64,000 nucleotides of DNA from Chitinophagales bacterium. GTDB lineage: Bacteria > Bacteroidota > Bacteroidia > Chitinophagales > UBA10324. Where the stretch lies: positions 73,720 through 137,719 of the forward strand of contig JAIBAY010000007.1 in assembly GCA_019694975.1 (NCBI GenBank), given 5' to 3'. Shown piece by piece: positions 36,546-45,333 of the stretch. Under the pieces are notes generated by a model. That model was not told the origin of the DNA. It did no database searches and saw nothing but the letters and a program-made list of their open reading frames with translations. The position numbers and the translations under genes were made by a program. Position 1 is the stretch's first letter. Every line of letters starts with the position of its first letter.

Positions 36546-37532
36546 TTACCTTCCTTCGAGGATGCGAATGTAATTCGCCCGCTCATAGGCCGTCGGGTCG
36601 GCGATATACTGTTGACTCATAATACCCTTAAAGGAATGGATAGTGGGAAAGCCGCTTTCCTGCATCCAGGCATCAAGTGCATTATTGATGGTGCTGATGG
36701 AATCAATGCCGTTTTTGTATAAGGCCGATGCTGTCATGGCGACATCGGCGCCGGCCAGCAGGTATTTGATCACTTCCACAGCGCTCTGCACTCCGGTGGT
36801 CGCGGCCAGGGAAACAGGCACCCTTCCATACAGCATGCCCAGCCATAGCAGCGGCAGCCTTATCTCATTAGGTTCGCTGTATTGCAGGTTGTGCCGGATC
36901 TTGAGTTCGGAGATGTCGAAGTCGGGCTGGTAGAAGCGGTTAAAGAGCACAAGCGCATTGGCGCCGGCCTGCTGCAGCTTCATGGCCATGTGTCCCATGG
37001 AGCTGAAATAAGGGTTCAGCTTCACCGCCACCGGAATCCTCACCGCCGTTTTCACCATTTCCACAATATGCAGGTAACGGTGTTCCACCGAAGCCGCGGC
37101 CATGTTCACATCGCCTGGAATGAAGAAGATATTGATCTCCAGCGCATCAGCGCCGGCCTGTTCCATGTCGCGGGCATAGGTGATCCATCCTTCCGGCGTG
37201 ATGCCGTTGAGGCTGCCGATGACGGGTATGTCCACGCGCTCCTTCGCCTTGCGGATATGCTCCAGGTACTGATCGGTGCCGAAGTGGTATTCATCGAGAT
37301 CAGGGAAGAAGCCGGAGGCCTCGGCAAACGGATGGGTGGTGGCGCCTTTGATGGAATGATAATGCGCTGTTTCCTTTTTGATCTGTTCTTCGAACAGGGA
37401 AAACAGTACTACGGCCCCGGCGCCGGCATCTTCCATCTGCACGATGTTGCCGATCTCTTCCGAAAGGCTGCAAGCCGACACCACTACCGGTGAGGAGAGG
37501 GTCAGGCCCATGTAGTTTGTTAACAGGTTCAT
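36546..37532 (-). CDS. dihydroorotate dehydrogenase-like FMN (TIM-barrel) protein
   Basis: 328 aa with YMGLTLSSPVVVSAC, GAGAVVLFSLFEEQ, VIGSLNG and VAVKLNP, the class-1 DHOD / dihydropyrimidine-dehydrogenase domain-IV pattern. It lies 23 nt downstream of PFOR. Confidence 0.75.
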   Translation of the reverse strand: MNLLTNYMGLTLSSPVVVSACSLSEEIGNIVQMEDAGAGAVVLFSLFEEQIKKETAHYHSIKGATTHPFAEASGFFPDLDEYHFGTDQYLEHIRKAKERVDIPVIGSLNGITPEGWITYARDMEQAGADALEINIFFIPGDVNMAAASVEHRYLHIVEMVKTAVRIPVAVKLNPYFSSMGHMAMKLQQAGANALVLFNRFYQPDFDISELKIRHNLQYSEPNEIRLPLLWLGMLYGRVPVSLAATTGVQSAVEVIKYLLAGADVAMTASALYKNGIDSISTINNALDAWMQESGFPTIHSFKGIMSQQYIADPTAYERANYIRILEGR

Positions 37533-37555
37533 GGTGGTGTGTTATATGTTTTTGT

Positions 37556-40500
37556 TCAGGCTACAGGCACAAAATCACTGGCGCTCTTGGTGGCCAGCTC
37601 TTCATAATTCTTCCAGCGCAGGTTCACCATTTCCTGTGCCAGCGACATCAGCGAGGCCGCTTCTTCAGGGTTGGTGTGGGTGAGTACTTTGTAGCGTAAT
37701 TCGTTATAGGCAAATTCCTTCAGCGGTATCAGGGGCCGTGTGGAATCAAGTATGAAGGGGTTTTGCTTTTTTGTTCGCAGCACAGGATTATAGCGGAGCA
37801 ACGGCCAATAGCCGCTCGACACCGCCTTGCTTTGCTGCGACAAGCCATCTTTCAGATCATATCCATGGGCGATGCAATGGCTGTAGGCAAGTATCAGCGA
37901 AGGGCCATCGTAGGCCTCGGCTTCCCGCATGGCCAGCAGTGCCTGCTGCGGGTTGGCACCAAATGCAATGCGGGCCACGTATACATTGCCGTAAGAAATA
38001 GCCTGCAAGGCCAGATCCTTCTTGCCTCCCCGTTTGCCGGCAGCGGCAAACTTGGCCGTGGCGGCGGTAGGTGTGGCCTTTGAGCTTTGGCCACCCGTAT
38101 TGCTGTAAACCTCCGTATCCAGCACCAGGATGTTGATGTTTCTGCCGGTGGCCAGTGCATGATCGAGGCCGCCATAGCCGATATCATAAGCCCAGCCATC
38201 GCCGCCGACGAGCCACACGCTCCGGCGTACCAGCTGATCGGCCACCGAGAGCAGGTGGCTGGCGGTACTGCCTGGAATAGCAGCCAGCTTCACTTTCAAC
38301 TCCTGCACCCTGCTACGTTGCGCCACGATCTCCGACTCCTGCAATTGCGGAGCGCTGAGGAGGTCGTGTACCATGGTGGCACCGAGCTCAGGCTCGAGCT
38401 GTTTCAGCAGTTGCTCTGCCATCACCAGCTGCTGATCGGCTGTGATGCGCATGCCAAGCCCGAACTCCGCATTGTCTTCGAAAAGAGAGTTAGACCAGGC
38501 CGGCCCTTGCCCCTGGCTGTTGGTGGTCCATGGCGTGGTGGGCAGGTTACCACCATAGATGGAAGAGCAGCCGGTGGCATTGGCAACCAGCAGCCGGTCG
38601 CCAAACAATTGCGACAGCAGCTTCAGGTAAGGTGTTTCGCCGCAGCCGGCACAGGCACCGGAGAATTCAAAGAGCGGCTCCAAGAATTGCGCGCCATGCA
38701 CGGTGGAGAAATTGATGGTGGAGCGGTTGTTCCAGGGCAGCTTGTCAAAGAAGGCAATGTTCTCTTTCACCTGGCTGATGACCGGTTCTTTCTCCGCCAT
38801 GTTGATGGCTTTCAGTGAATGGTTGCCGGGTGCAGTGGCCGGACATACCTCCACGCAGAGGTTGCATCCGGTGCAATCTTCCGCATATACCTGCAGCGTA
38901 TATTTTGTTTCCGGGAAGCCGCGCGCATTGATCGGCGCCGACTGAAAAGATGCCGGTGAGCCTTCCAGTAAATCTGCATGATAGAACTTGGCGCGAATCA
39001 CGCTGTGCGGGCAGACATAGGCGCAGTTGCCGCACTGTATGCAGATGCCGGGCTCCCACACCGGAACAAGGTCGGAGATGTTTCTCTTTTCCCACCGCGT
39101 GGTGCCGCTTGGATAGGTTCCGTCGTGCGGCATCTTGCTGACGGGTAGGTCATCACCGTGACCCGACATCATCACAGCTGTAACCTCTTTCACAAAGTCC
39201 GGCGCATCGGCGGAAACCACAGCGTGCAGGCCGGCAGTAGCCGTGACCTTGTCAGGAACCGTCACCTCATAGAGATGCGCCAACGTGGCATCTACCGCCG
39301 CGAAATTCTGCTCTACCACGGCTTTTCCCTTTTTTGAATAGGTCTTTTCAATGGCATGTTTGATCTGCGCGATGGCTTCTTCCCTCGGCAGTACACCACT
39401 CAGCGCGAAGAAACAGGTTTGCATGATGGTATTGATCCGGCCACTCATGCCGGTGTCTCTTGCCACGGCGGTGGCATCTATTACGTAACATTTCAGTTTT
39501 TTGGTGATGATCTGCGACTGCACATTAGCCGGCAGGTAGTTCCAGACAGCTGCGGCATCATAAGGACTGTTCAGCAGAAAAGTGCCGCCGGACTTAATCA
39601 TCTCCAGCATCTCCACCTTCTCTACGAAGTTGAACTGATGGCAGGCGATGAAATCCGCTTTGCCGATGAGGTAAGGCGCTCGTATCGGCCGCGGCCCGAA
39701 GCGCAGATGGGAAACAGTGCGGGCGCCTGACTTCTTGGAGTCGTACACGAAATAGCCCTGTGCATACAGCGCGGTGTTTTCCCCGATGATTTTGATGGTA
39801 TTTTTGTTAGCCCCTACGGTTCCATCGGCGCCAAGACCAAAAAACAAAGCCTGCCGCCATTGCGACTCATCGAGTGAGAAGGCGGGATCATACGGCAGAC
39901 TCGTATGGGTGACATCGTCGTTGATGCCAATGGTAAAATGATTTTTAAGCAGGGCATTGCCGGTTGACTGTGCGGCTTTCTTCAATTCATCAAATACACC
40001 TTTCGCCATGGCCGGTGTGAACTCTTTGGATGACAACCCATAACGGCCGCCAATAACCTGCGGTATCTTTTTCAGCTTCCCTTGCTGCAGCCCTTCCACG
40101 AATGCCGACAGCACATCCTGGTACATCGGCTCGCCCGAGGCACCTGACTCCTTGGTACGGTCGAGCACGGCTACGGCTTCAACAGATGCCGGGAGCGCAT
40201 TTAAGAGGTGCGTTACGGAGAAAGGCCGGTATAACCGTACCTGGATGACACCGGTTTTTTCGCCGGAAGCGTTCAGTGCATCCACGGTCTCCGCCACCGT
40301 TTCACCACCCGAACCCATGATGATGATGACCTGCTTTGCATCAGCGGCACCGCTGTATTGAAAGAGTTCATAATGCCGTCCCGCCACTTTTTCAAAATCA
40401 CGCATCACCGCTTCCACTATAGCAGGCGTGCTGTCGTAGTAGCCGTTGACCGTTTCGCGGCTCTGAAAATATACATCGGGATTCTGTGCGGTGCCGCGGA

Positions 40501-41152
40501 TAAAAGGATGGTCGGGGTTGAGTGCGCGGCTGCGGTGTGCCAGAACGAACTCATCGTCAATCATCGACCTGATTGCTTCATCGGGCAGCAACTCCACCTT
40601 ATTCACCTCATGCGAGGTGCGGAAGCCGTCAAAAAAATGAATGAAAGGAATCCTCGAACGCAAAGTTGCCGCCTGCGCAATTAGCGCGAAATCATGTGCT
40701 TCCTGCACGCCGGCAGCAGCCAGCATGGCAAAGCCCGTGGTGCGTGCCGCCATCACATCCTGATGGTCGCCGAAGATGGACAAGCCCTGCGCCGCGAGCG
40801 AACGTGCCGCCACATGAAAAACACAGGCAGTGAGTTCTCCGGCAATCTTATACATGTTGGGCAACATCAGCATCAGCCCCTGTGAAGCCGTGAAAGTGGT
40901 GGTGAGCGATCCTGTCTGCAGGGCGCCATGCACCGTGCCGGCAGCACCGCCTTCACTCTGCATCTCGATGATATCAGGGACATTGCCCCAAATATTTTTA
41001 ATGCCTCTGGCGCTCCATTCATCAGCCAGCTCGGCCATGGTGGAAGAGGGTGTGATGGGATAGATGGCGCAAACCTCATTCACACGATACGCCACGTACG
41101 CCGCGGCTTCATTGCCATCAATCATGGCTATATTTTTATTACTTGCTGACAT
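37556..41152 (-). CDS. nifJ: pyruvate:ferredoxin (flavodoxin) oxidoreductase, single-chain type
   Basis: 1,198 aa with an N-terminal MIDGNEAAAYVAYRVNEVCAIYPITPSS and an internal 2x[4Fe-4S] motif pair (CIQCGNCAYVCP, CTGCNLCVEVCP). It also has the TPP-binding GGDGWAYDIGYGGLDH and LVLDTEVYSNTGGQ motifs. Confidence 0.95.
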   Translation of the reverse strand: MSASNKNIAMIDGNEAAAYVAYRVNEVCAIYPITPSSTMAELADEWSARGIKNIWGNVPDIIEMQSEGGAAGTVHGALQTGSLTTTFTASQGLMLMLPNMYKIAGELTACVFHVAARSLAAQGLSIFGDHQDVMAARTTGFAMLAAAGVQEAHDFALIAQAATLRSRIPFIHFFDGFRTSHEVNKVELLPDEAIRSMIDDEFVLAHRSRALNPDHPFIRGTAQNPDVYFQSRETVNGYYDSTPAIVEAVMRDFEKVAGRHYELFQYSGAADAKQVIIIMGSGGETVAETVDALNASGEKTGVIQVRLYRPFSVTHLLNALPASVEAVAVLDRTKESGASGEPMYQDVLSAFVEGLQQGKLKKIPQVIGGRYGLSSKEFTPAMAKGVFDELKKAAQSTGNALLKNHFTIGINDDVTHTSLPYDPAFSLDESQWRQALFFGLGADGTVGANKNTIKIIGENTALYAQGYFVYDSKKSGARTVSHLRFGPRPIRAPYLIGKADFIACHQFNFVEKVEMLEMIKSGGTFLLNSPYDAAAVWNYLPANVQSQIITKKLKCYVIDATAVARDTGMSGRINTIMQTCFFALSGVLPREEAIAQIKHAIEKTYSKKGKAVVEQNFAAVDATLAHLYEVTVPDKVTATAGLHAVVSADAPDFVKEVTAVMMSGHGDDLPVSKMPHDGTYPSGTTRWEKRNISDLVPVWEPGICIQCGNCAYVCPHSVIRAKFYHADLLEGSPASFQSAPINARGFPETKYTLQVYAEDCTGCNLCVEVCPATAPGNHSLKAINMAEKEPVISQVKENIAFFDKLPWNNRSTINFSTVHGAQFLEPLFEFSGACAGCGETPYLKLLSQLFGDRLLVANATGCSSIYGGNLPTTPWTTNSQGQGPAWSNSLFEDNAEFGLGMRITADQQLVMAEQLLKQLEPELGATMVHDLLSAPQLQESEIVAQRSRVQELKVKLAAIPGSTASHLLSVADQLVRRSVWLVGGDGWAYDIGYGGLDHALATGRNINILVLDTEVYSNTGGQSSKATPTAATAKFAAAGKRGGKKDLALQAISYGNVYVARIAFGANPQQALLAMREAEAYDGPSLILAYSHCIAHGYDLKDGLSQQSKAVSSGYWPLLRYNPVLRTKKQNPFILDSTRPLIPLKEFAYNELRYKVLTHTNPEEAASLMSLAQEMVNLRWKNYEELATKSASDFVPVA

Positions 41153-41156
41153 GGTT

Positions 41157-42899
41157 TCAGAGTTTGACTGGTTCCGGGATCATTTCAATCGCATGACATG
41201 GGCATTGTTCGTAGCAAACGGCACAGCCGGTACAGAGGCTGTAGTTGAATTTATACCGCTTGCCGGCGCCGAGTTTGATAATGGCATCTTCCGGACAGGC
41301 GCCAAAGCATCCATCGCACTCGAAGCAATTGCCGCAGCTCAGGCATCGTTGCGCTTCATAACGGGCTTCCGGCTCAGTGAGCCCGCTGATGACCTCATCG
41401 AAATTCCTCACCGCCACTTTTGGCGGCAGTTTTTGCTGTGCGATCAGCGGCGCCTCCGTTTTGTACCACATCTGCAGCTTGCGATAGCCGGCCGTCGGGT
41501 GCTTCTCCCCTTTCACGAAGGTTTCGTTGCGCAGGTAAGCATCCAGGTACTTCGCCGCCTTTTTTCCATGGCCAATGGCAATAGTGGCGCTGCGCGTTTC
41601 ACCCGGCAGCATATCACCGCCGGCAAAAATTCCGCGGTAGCCGGTCATCCTTTCCGCATCAATCACCACGGTTCCGTCTTCTCTCAGCTGAATGCCATTC
41701 AAAGGCTGCAGATAGCCGGTTTCAGCTTCCTGCCCCATGGCAACAATGACCAGGTCGGCCGGCAAGGTTTCCATTTCACCGGTGCCCACCGCTTTTCCCT
41801 TTTCAACCTTCATCTGTTCAAGGGTAAGCTTCTTCTTTTCGATATTGGAAATACTCCTCAGCAGTTGCACTTCAACCCCTTCGGCTAGTGCGTCGTCGGT
41901 TTCATAGTCATAGGCCGGCATCAGTTTTTTATCGCCCGGAAACAGGACCATCGCCTCCGAATGAAACCGTTTGAGGATACGGGCGAGATAGAGTGCCAGC
42001 TTTCCGCCGCCATAGACAGCGATCTTTTTATTATGAAAAGGCAGGCTGTCCGTTGCTGCTTCCTGAAAGAAGGAGAAGGCATCCGTTATGCGGACCGATC
42101 CGTCTGTCGGGATGCGTGCCCCATTGATATGTTGCGCGCCGGTGGAAAGGTAAACAGCATCAAAACGGCCGTCCTGTTTTTCCTTCAGCAGGTCTTTTAT
42201 TTCATGATTCAGGTGGAATTTCACACCCAGCTTTTCAATGCGTTCAGTTTCCGCATCGAGTATATTTTTAGGCAACCGGTATTCGGGAATTCCTGTTCTC
42301 AGCAATCCGCCCAACAGCGGACCGCGCTCAAAAACTTCTACTTCATAACCCATGCGGGCGAGGTGATAGGCAGCAGATAATCCGCCCGGACCGGAACCAA
42401 CCACCATCACACGTTTGCCCGCAGGAACAGACAGTGTATTGATCGGCCATTGCAGCCGGATCGCTTCATCGCCGATGAACCGCTCTACGGCATGAATATT
42501 CACGGTAGTATCGATATGGTTGCGATTACAACCGGTTTCGCAGGGCTTCACACAAATACGGCCCATGATGGCAGGAAAAGGATTGTCGGCTACGAGGCTT
42601 TGAAAAGCCGCGAAGTAATCACCGGACTGCGCGAGGGAAAGCCATGCCTGAATGTTTTCACCGGCCGGACAGGCGCTGTTGCAGGGTGGCATGAAGTCGA
42701 GGTAAATGGGCCGGCGGTTTCGCAATGGCCCGGTTCCCTGTGGATGACCGGCCATGTCGATGGGTTTCGTGATATCGGTGGTCGACACGATGGTATTATT
42801 TATGGATACTGATGAATGAATGCGAACGAAACTGAAAATTCCCGGTTTTGGCCAGAAAATAGCTTGACAATTGTCATACGACGCATTGATTGTAATCAT
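41157..42899 (-). CDS. GltD-like NAD(P)H-dependent Fe-S flavoprotein with a C-terminal 2x[4Fe-4S] ferredoxin domain (start possibly at Met49, ~42755)
   Basis: PPCNSACPAGENIQ...GRICVKPCETGCNR (GltD-type clusters), VVGSGPGGLSAAYHLARMG (FAD), and C-terminal CLSCGNCFECDGCFGACP plus CTGCAVCYEQCP. Its stop is 4 nt upstream of the PFOR start. Confidence 0.85.
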   Translation of the reverse strand: MITINASYDNCQAIFWPKPGIFSFVRIHSSVSINNTIVSTTDITKPIDMAGHPQGTGPLRNRRPIYLDFMPPCNSACPAGENIQAWLSLAQSGDYFAAFQSLVADNPFPAIMGRICVKPCETGCNRNHIDTTVNIHAVERFIGDEAIRLQWPINTLSVPAGKRVMVVGSGPGGLSAAYHLARMGYEVEVFERGPLLGGLLRTGIPEYRLPKNILDAETERIEKLGVKFHLNHEIKDLLKEKQDGRFDAVYLSTGAQHINGARIPTDGSVRITDAFSFFQEAATDSLPFHNKKIAVYGGGKLALYLARILKRFHSEAMVLFPGDKKLMPAYDYETDDALAEGVEVQLLRSISNIEKKKLTLEQMKVEKGKAVGTGEMETLPADLVIVAMGQEAETGYLQPLNGIQLREDGTVVIDAERMTGYRGIFAGGDMLPGETRSATIAIGHGKKAAKYLDAYLRNETFVKGEKHPTAGYRKLQMWYKTEAPLIAQQKLPPKVAVRNFDEVISGLTEPEARYEAQRCLSCGNCFECDGCFGACPEDAIIKLGAGKRYKFNYSLCTGCAVCYEQCPCHAIEMIPEPVKL

Positions 42900-43248
42900 G
42901 TTTCTTTTTCAAATACGGAAAGACTGCAACAGCTGATAGCAAGGCAGTGCCCATCATTTCCCGGCTGCCATAATCCTGCTATTATTATATTTAAAGCAGG
43001 AGACCGGTGATGCATGATAACTGAGTAAGAGCTGTATCCTTTTTCCCCGGCAAACTTCAGATGACCTCGTTACACATTTTTTCACCTGCACCACTGACAC
43101 TGGCCCCGGTTATTAATCCTGCAGGCTTCATCCAACCTGAGAGGAAGGTGATGGAAGCAGTACAAGCAGTTGCCGGCGAAGATTCATGTGCTCCGGTTGC
43201 ATGGCGTCAGCCTGCGTTCAGGCACAGCAGACACGATAGAACCACACT

Positions 43249-44094
43249 ATGAAATACGAGATTTCCAAAACCGCCCGTGCATTAATATTTTTTCCCGTGC
43301 TGCTGCTGAGCATGCCGCATGTAATGGCACTAATGGCAAGCGGACACGATGCAGCAAAGCCGGCTAGAAAAATAACCGTCACCTTTAAGATTGATCTGAC
43401 GGGAGAAATGAAAAACGTGAAAGACCCTGCTTCCGCAGGCATCCGTGGTAATGTGGCGCCATTGTCGTGGGATAAAACTTATGCGATGACAGATGCTGAC
43501 CATGATAATATGTATGAAGCCACCATAACATTTGAATCCGGTGCGAATGCATTGCAACTGGAATACAAATTCATACATGATCAGTCGGTTTGGGAAACCA
43601 GTGATAACCGCATCCTGTCAACAACAGCTGTCAGCATTATATTACCTGTTGCAAAATGGAATGACGGGCCCGCTGTGGTGATGAGTGAGCATGCGAAGGA
43701 TTCTATCGCACAAAGTAAACTGTATCATGAAATCGCTGCTATGGATAGTGTGTTGTTCGCGGCTTATAACAGGCAGGATATCGAAAAGATCAAAACCATG
43801 TTTGATGAAGACCTTGAATTTTATCATGATCAGGGAGGCCTGACTACTTATGATCAGAATATCGAAAGTTTACAAACCCTGTTCGCGAAGGGATACAACG
43901 TACAACGCAGGCTTTTGAAAGAAACGCTGGAAGTTTTCCCGGTGAAAGACTATGGTGCGATGGAGATCGGGGCGCATGAGTTTTGCCATGTTGAAAACGG
44001 CAAGATGGACTGCGGCACTTTTAAATTCCTCATGATATGGCGTTGGAAAGACGGAGCATGGAAAATTACCAGGGTGGCGAGTTATGATCACTGA
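43249..44094 (+). CDS. secreted protein with an N-terminal CBM20-like module and a C-terminal SnoaL/DUF4440-like (NTF2-fold) domain
   Basis: Signal peptide ALIFFPVLLLSMPHVMA. ITVTFKIDL...GNVAPLSWDK...EYKFIHDQSVWETSDNR resembles starch-binding CBM20. LYHEIAAMDSVLFAAYN...MIWRWKDGAWKITRVASYDH resembles DUF4440. Confidence 0.55.
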   Translation: MKYEISKTARALIFFPVLLLSMPHVMALMASGHDAAKPARKITVTFKIDLTGEMKNVKDPASAGIRGNVAPLSWDKTYAMTDADHDNMYEATITFESGANALQLEYKFIHDQSVWETSDNRILSTTAVSIILPVAKWNDGPAVVMSEHAKDSIAQSKLYHEIAAMDSVLFAAYNRQDIEKIKTMFDEDLEFYHDQGGLTTYDQNIESLQTLFAKGYNVQRRLLKETLEVFPVKDYGAMEIGAHEFCHVENGKMDCGTFKFLMIWRWKDGAWKITRVASYDH

Positions 44095-44197
44095 TTGTAG
44101 GTTGTGTTGATGGCATTATTGCAGCCGAAATTGAAATTTTGTTGGCTAACTGCTTCCGCTGCATAAAATCAACGGCGATTGAAGTCCATTTGTTGAC

Positions 44198-45170
44198 ATG
44201 CGTGCGAAAGACGTCATGGCTGTGAAGGGTGTAATGCCAATGAATGGCGTCCTGCCATTGAATGGCGTCATCCCGGTGAATGACGTCATGCCAATGAATG
44301 GCGTTATGCCGGTAAAGGCGTCATGCCGAATTTATTTCGGCATCTTTCAATATAAGATCCCGAAACAAGTTCGGGATGACTTATAGGTTGTTGAAGTCAT
44401 TAGCTTGATTGTAGCTTTTGCAATTACCACTTGATAGACTGGATAATGTTTTAGGACGCTGTTAACAGTGTTCATCGTTATACCAGCAGAAAGCGTCATG
44501 CCGAATTTATTTCGGCATCTTTCAATATAAAATCCCGAAACAAGTTCGGGATGACTTATCGGTTGTTGAAGTCATTAGCTTGATTGCAGTTTTAGTTATT
44601 GCTCTTGAATTGCGATTATGATGGTCTAAGGCTGTGTTACCAGTGAACAGCTTCATACTGCTGGCGGTCGTTATACCAGCAGGAAGCGTCATGCCGAATT
44701 TATTTCGGCATCTTAATACTAAAGATCCCGAAACAAGTTCGGGATGACTTATTGGTGGTTGAAGTCATTAGCTTGATTGCAGTTTTAGTTATTGCTCTTG
44801 AATTGCGATTATGATGGTCTAAGGCTGTGTTACCAGTGAACAGCGTCACACCGCTGGCGGTCGTCATACCAGCAGGAAGCGTCATGCCGAATTTATTTCG
44901 GCATCTTTAGTATAAAGATCCCGAAACAAGTTCGGGATGACTTATAGGTTGTTGAAGTCATTAGCTTGATTGCAGTTTTAGTTATTGCTCTTGAATCGCG
45001 ATTATGATGGTCTAAGGCTGTGTTACCATTGAACAATGTTACACCGCTGGCGGTCGTCATACCAGCAGGAAGCGTCATGCCGAATTTATTTCGGCATCTT
45101 TCAATATAAGATCCCGAAACAAGTTCGGGATGACTTATTGGTGGTAGAGGTCATTCTCCTGATTGCAATA
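44198..45170 (-). repeat. array of 5 double-hairpin units in inverted orientation relative to 34620-36445, preceded by an 18-bp micro-tandem tail
   Basis: GTCATGCCGAATTTATTTCGGCATC...GATCCCGAAACAAGTTCGGGATGAC (reverse complement of the left-array unit) starts at ~44320, 44495, 44698, 44881 and 45074. The tail at 44198-44320 is ~6 x 18 bp (ATGCCAATGAATGGCGTC-like). The ORF-track peptides at 44700..44885(-) and 44893..45078(-) nearly equal those at 35753..35956(+) and 36156..36359(+). Confidence 0.9.
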
Positions 45171-45333
45171 TTTGTTAATGCATTGGAATAGCAACTATGC
45201 CCGCAAAACGCAGTTACGCCGTTATCCATTGCCACAGGCTTCTACCAACGGCAATTGATGCCATACAGACGAAAAGAAGTATGTTATCCTGCAATCATCA
45301 ACCACAGACTTCGATTTTTCCCTTCTCTCCAGG

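Noticed and set aside
36882-41888. Long antisense ORFs (203, 243 and 274 aa, among others) across the DHOD-like, PFOR and GltD-like genes.
   Set aside because: The sense frames have unmistakable family motifs. The antisense ORFs are Arg/Gly/His-rich with no recognisable motifs. This is typical of moderately GC-rich coding DNA.
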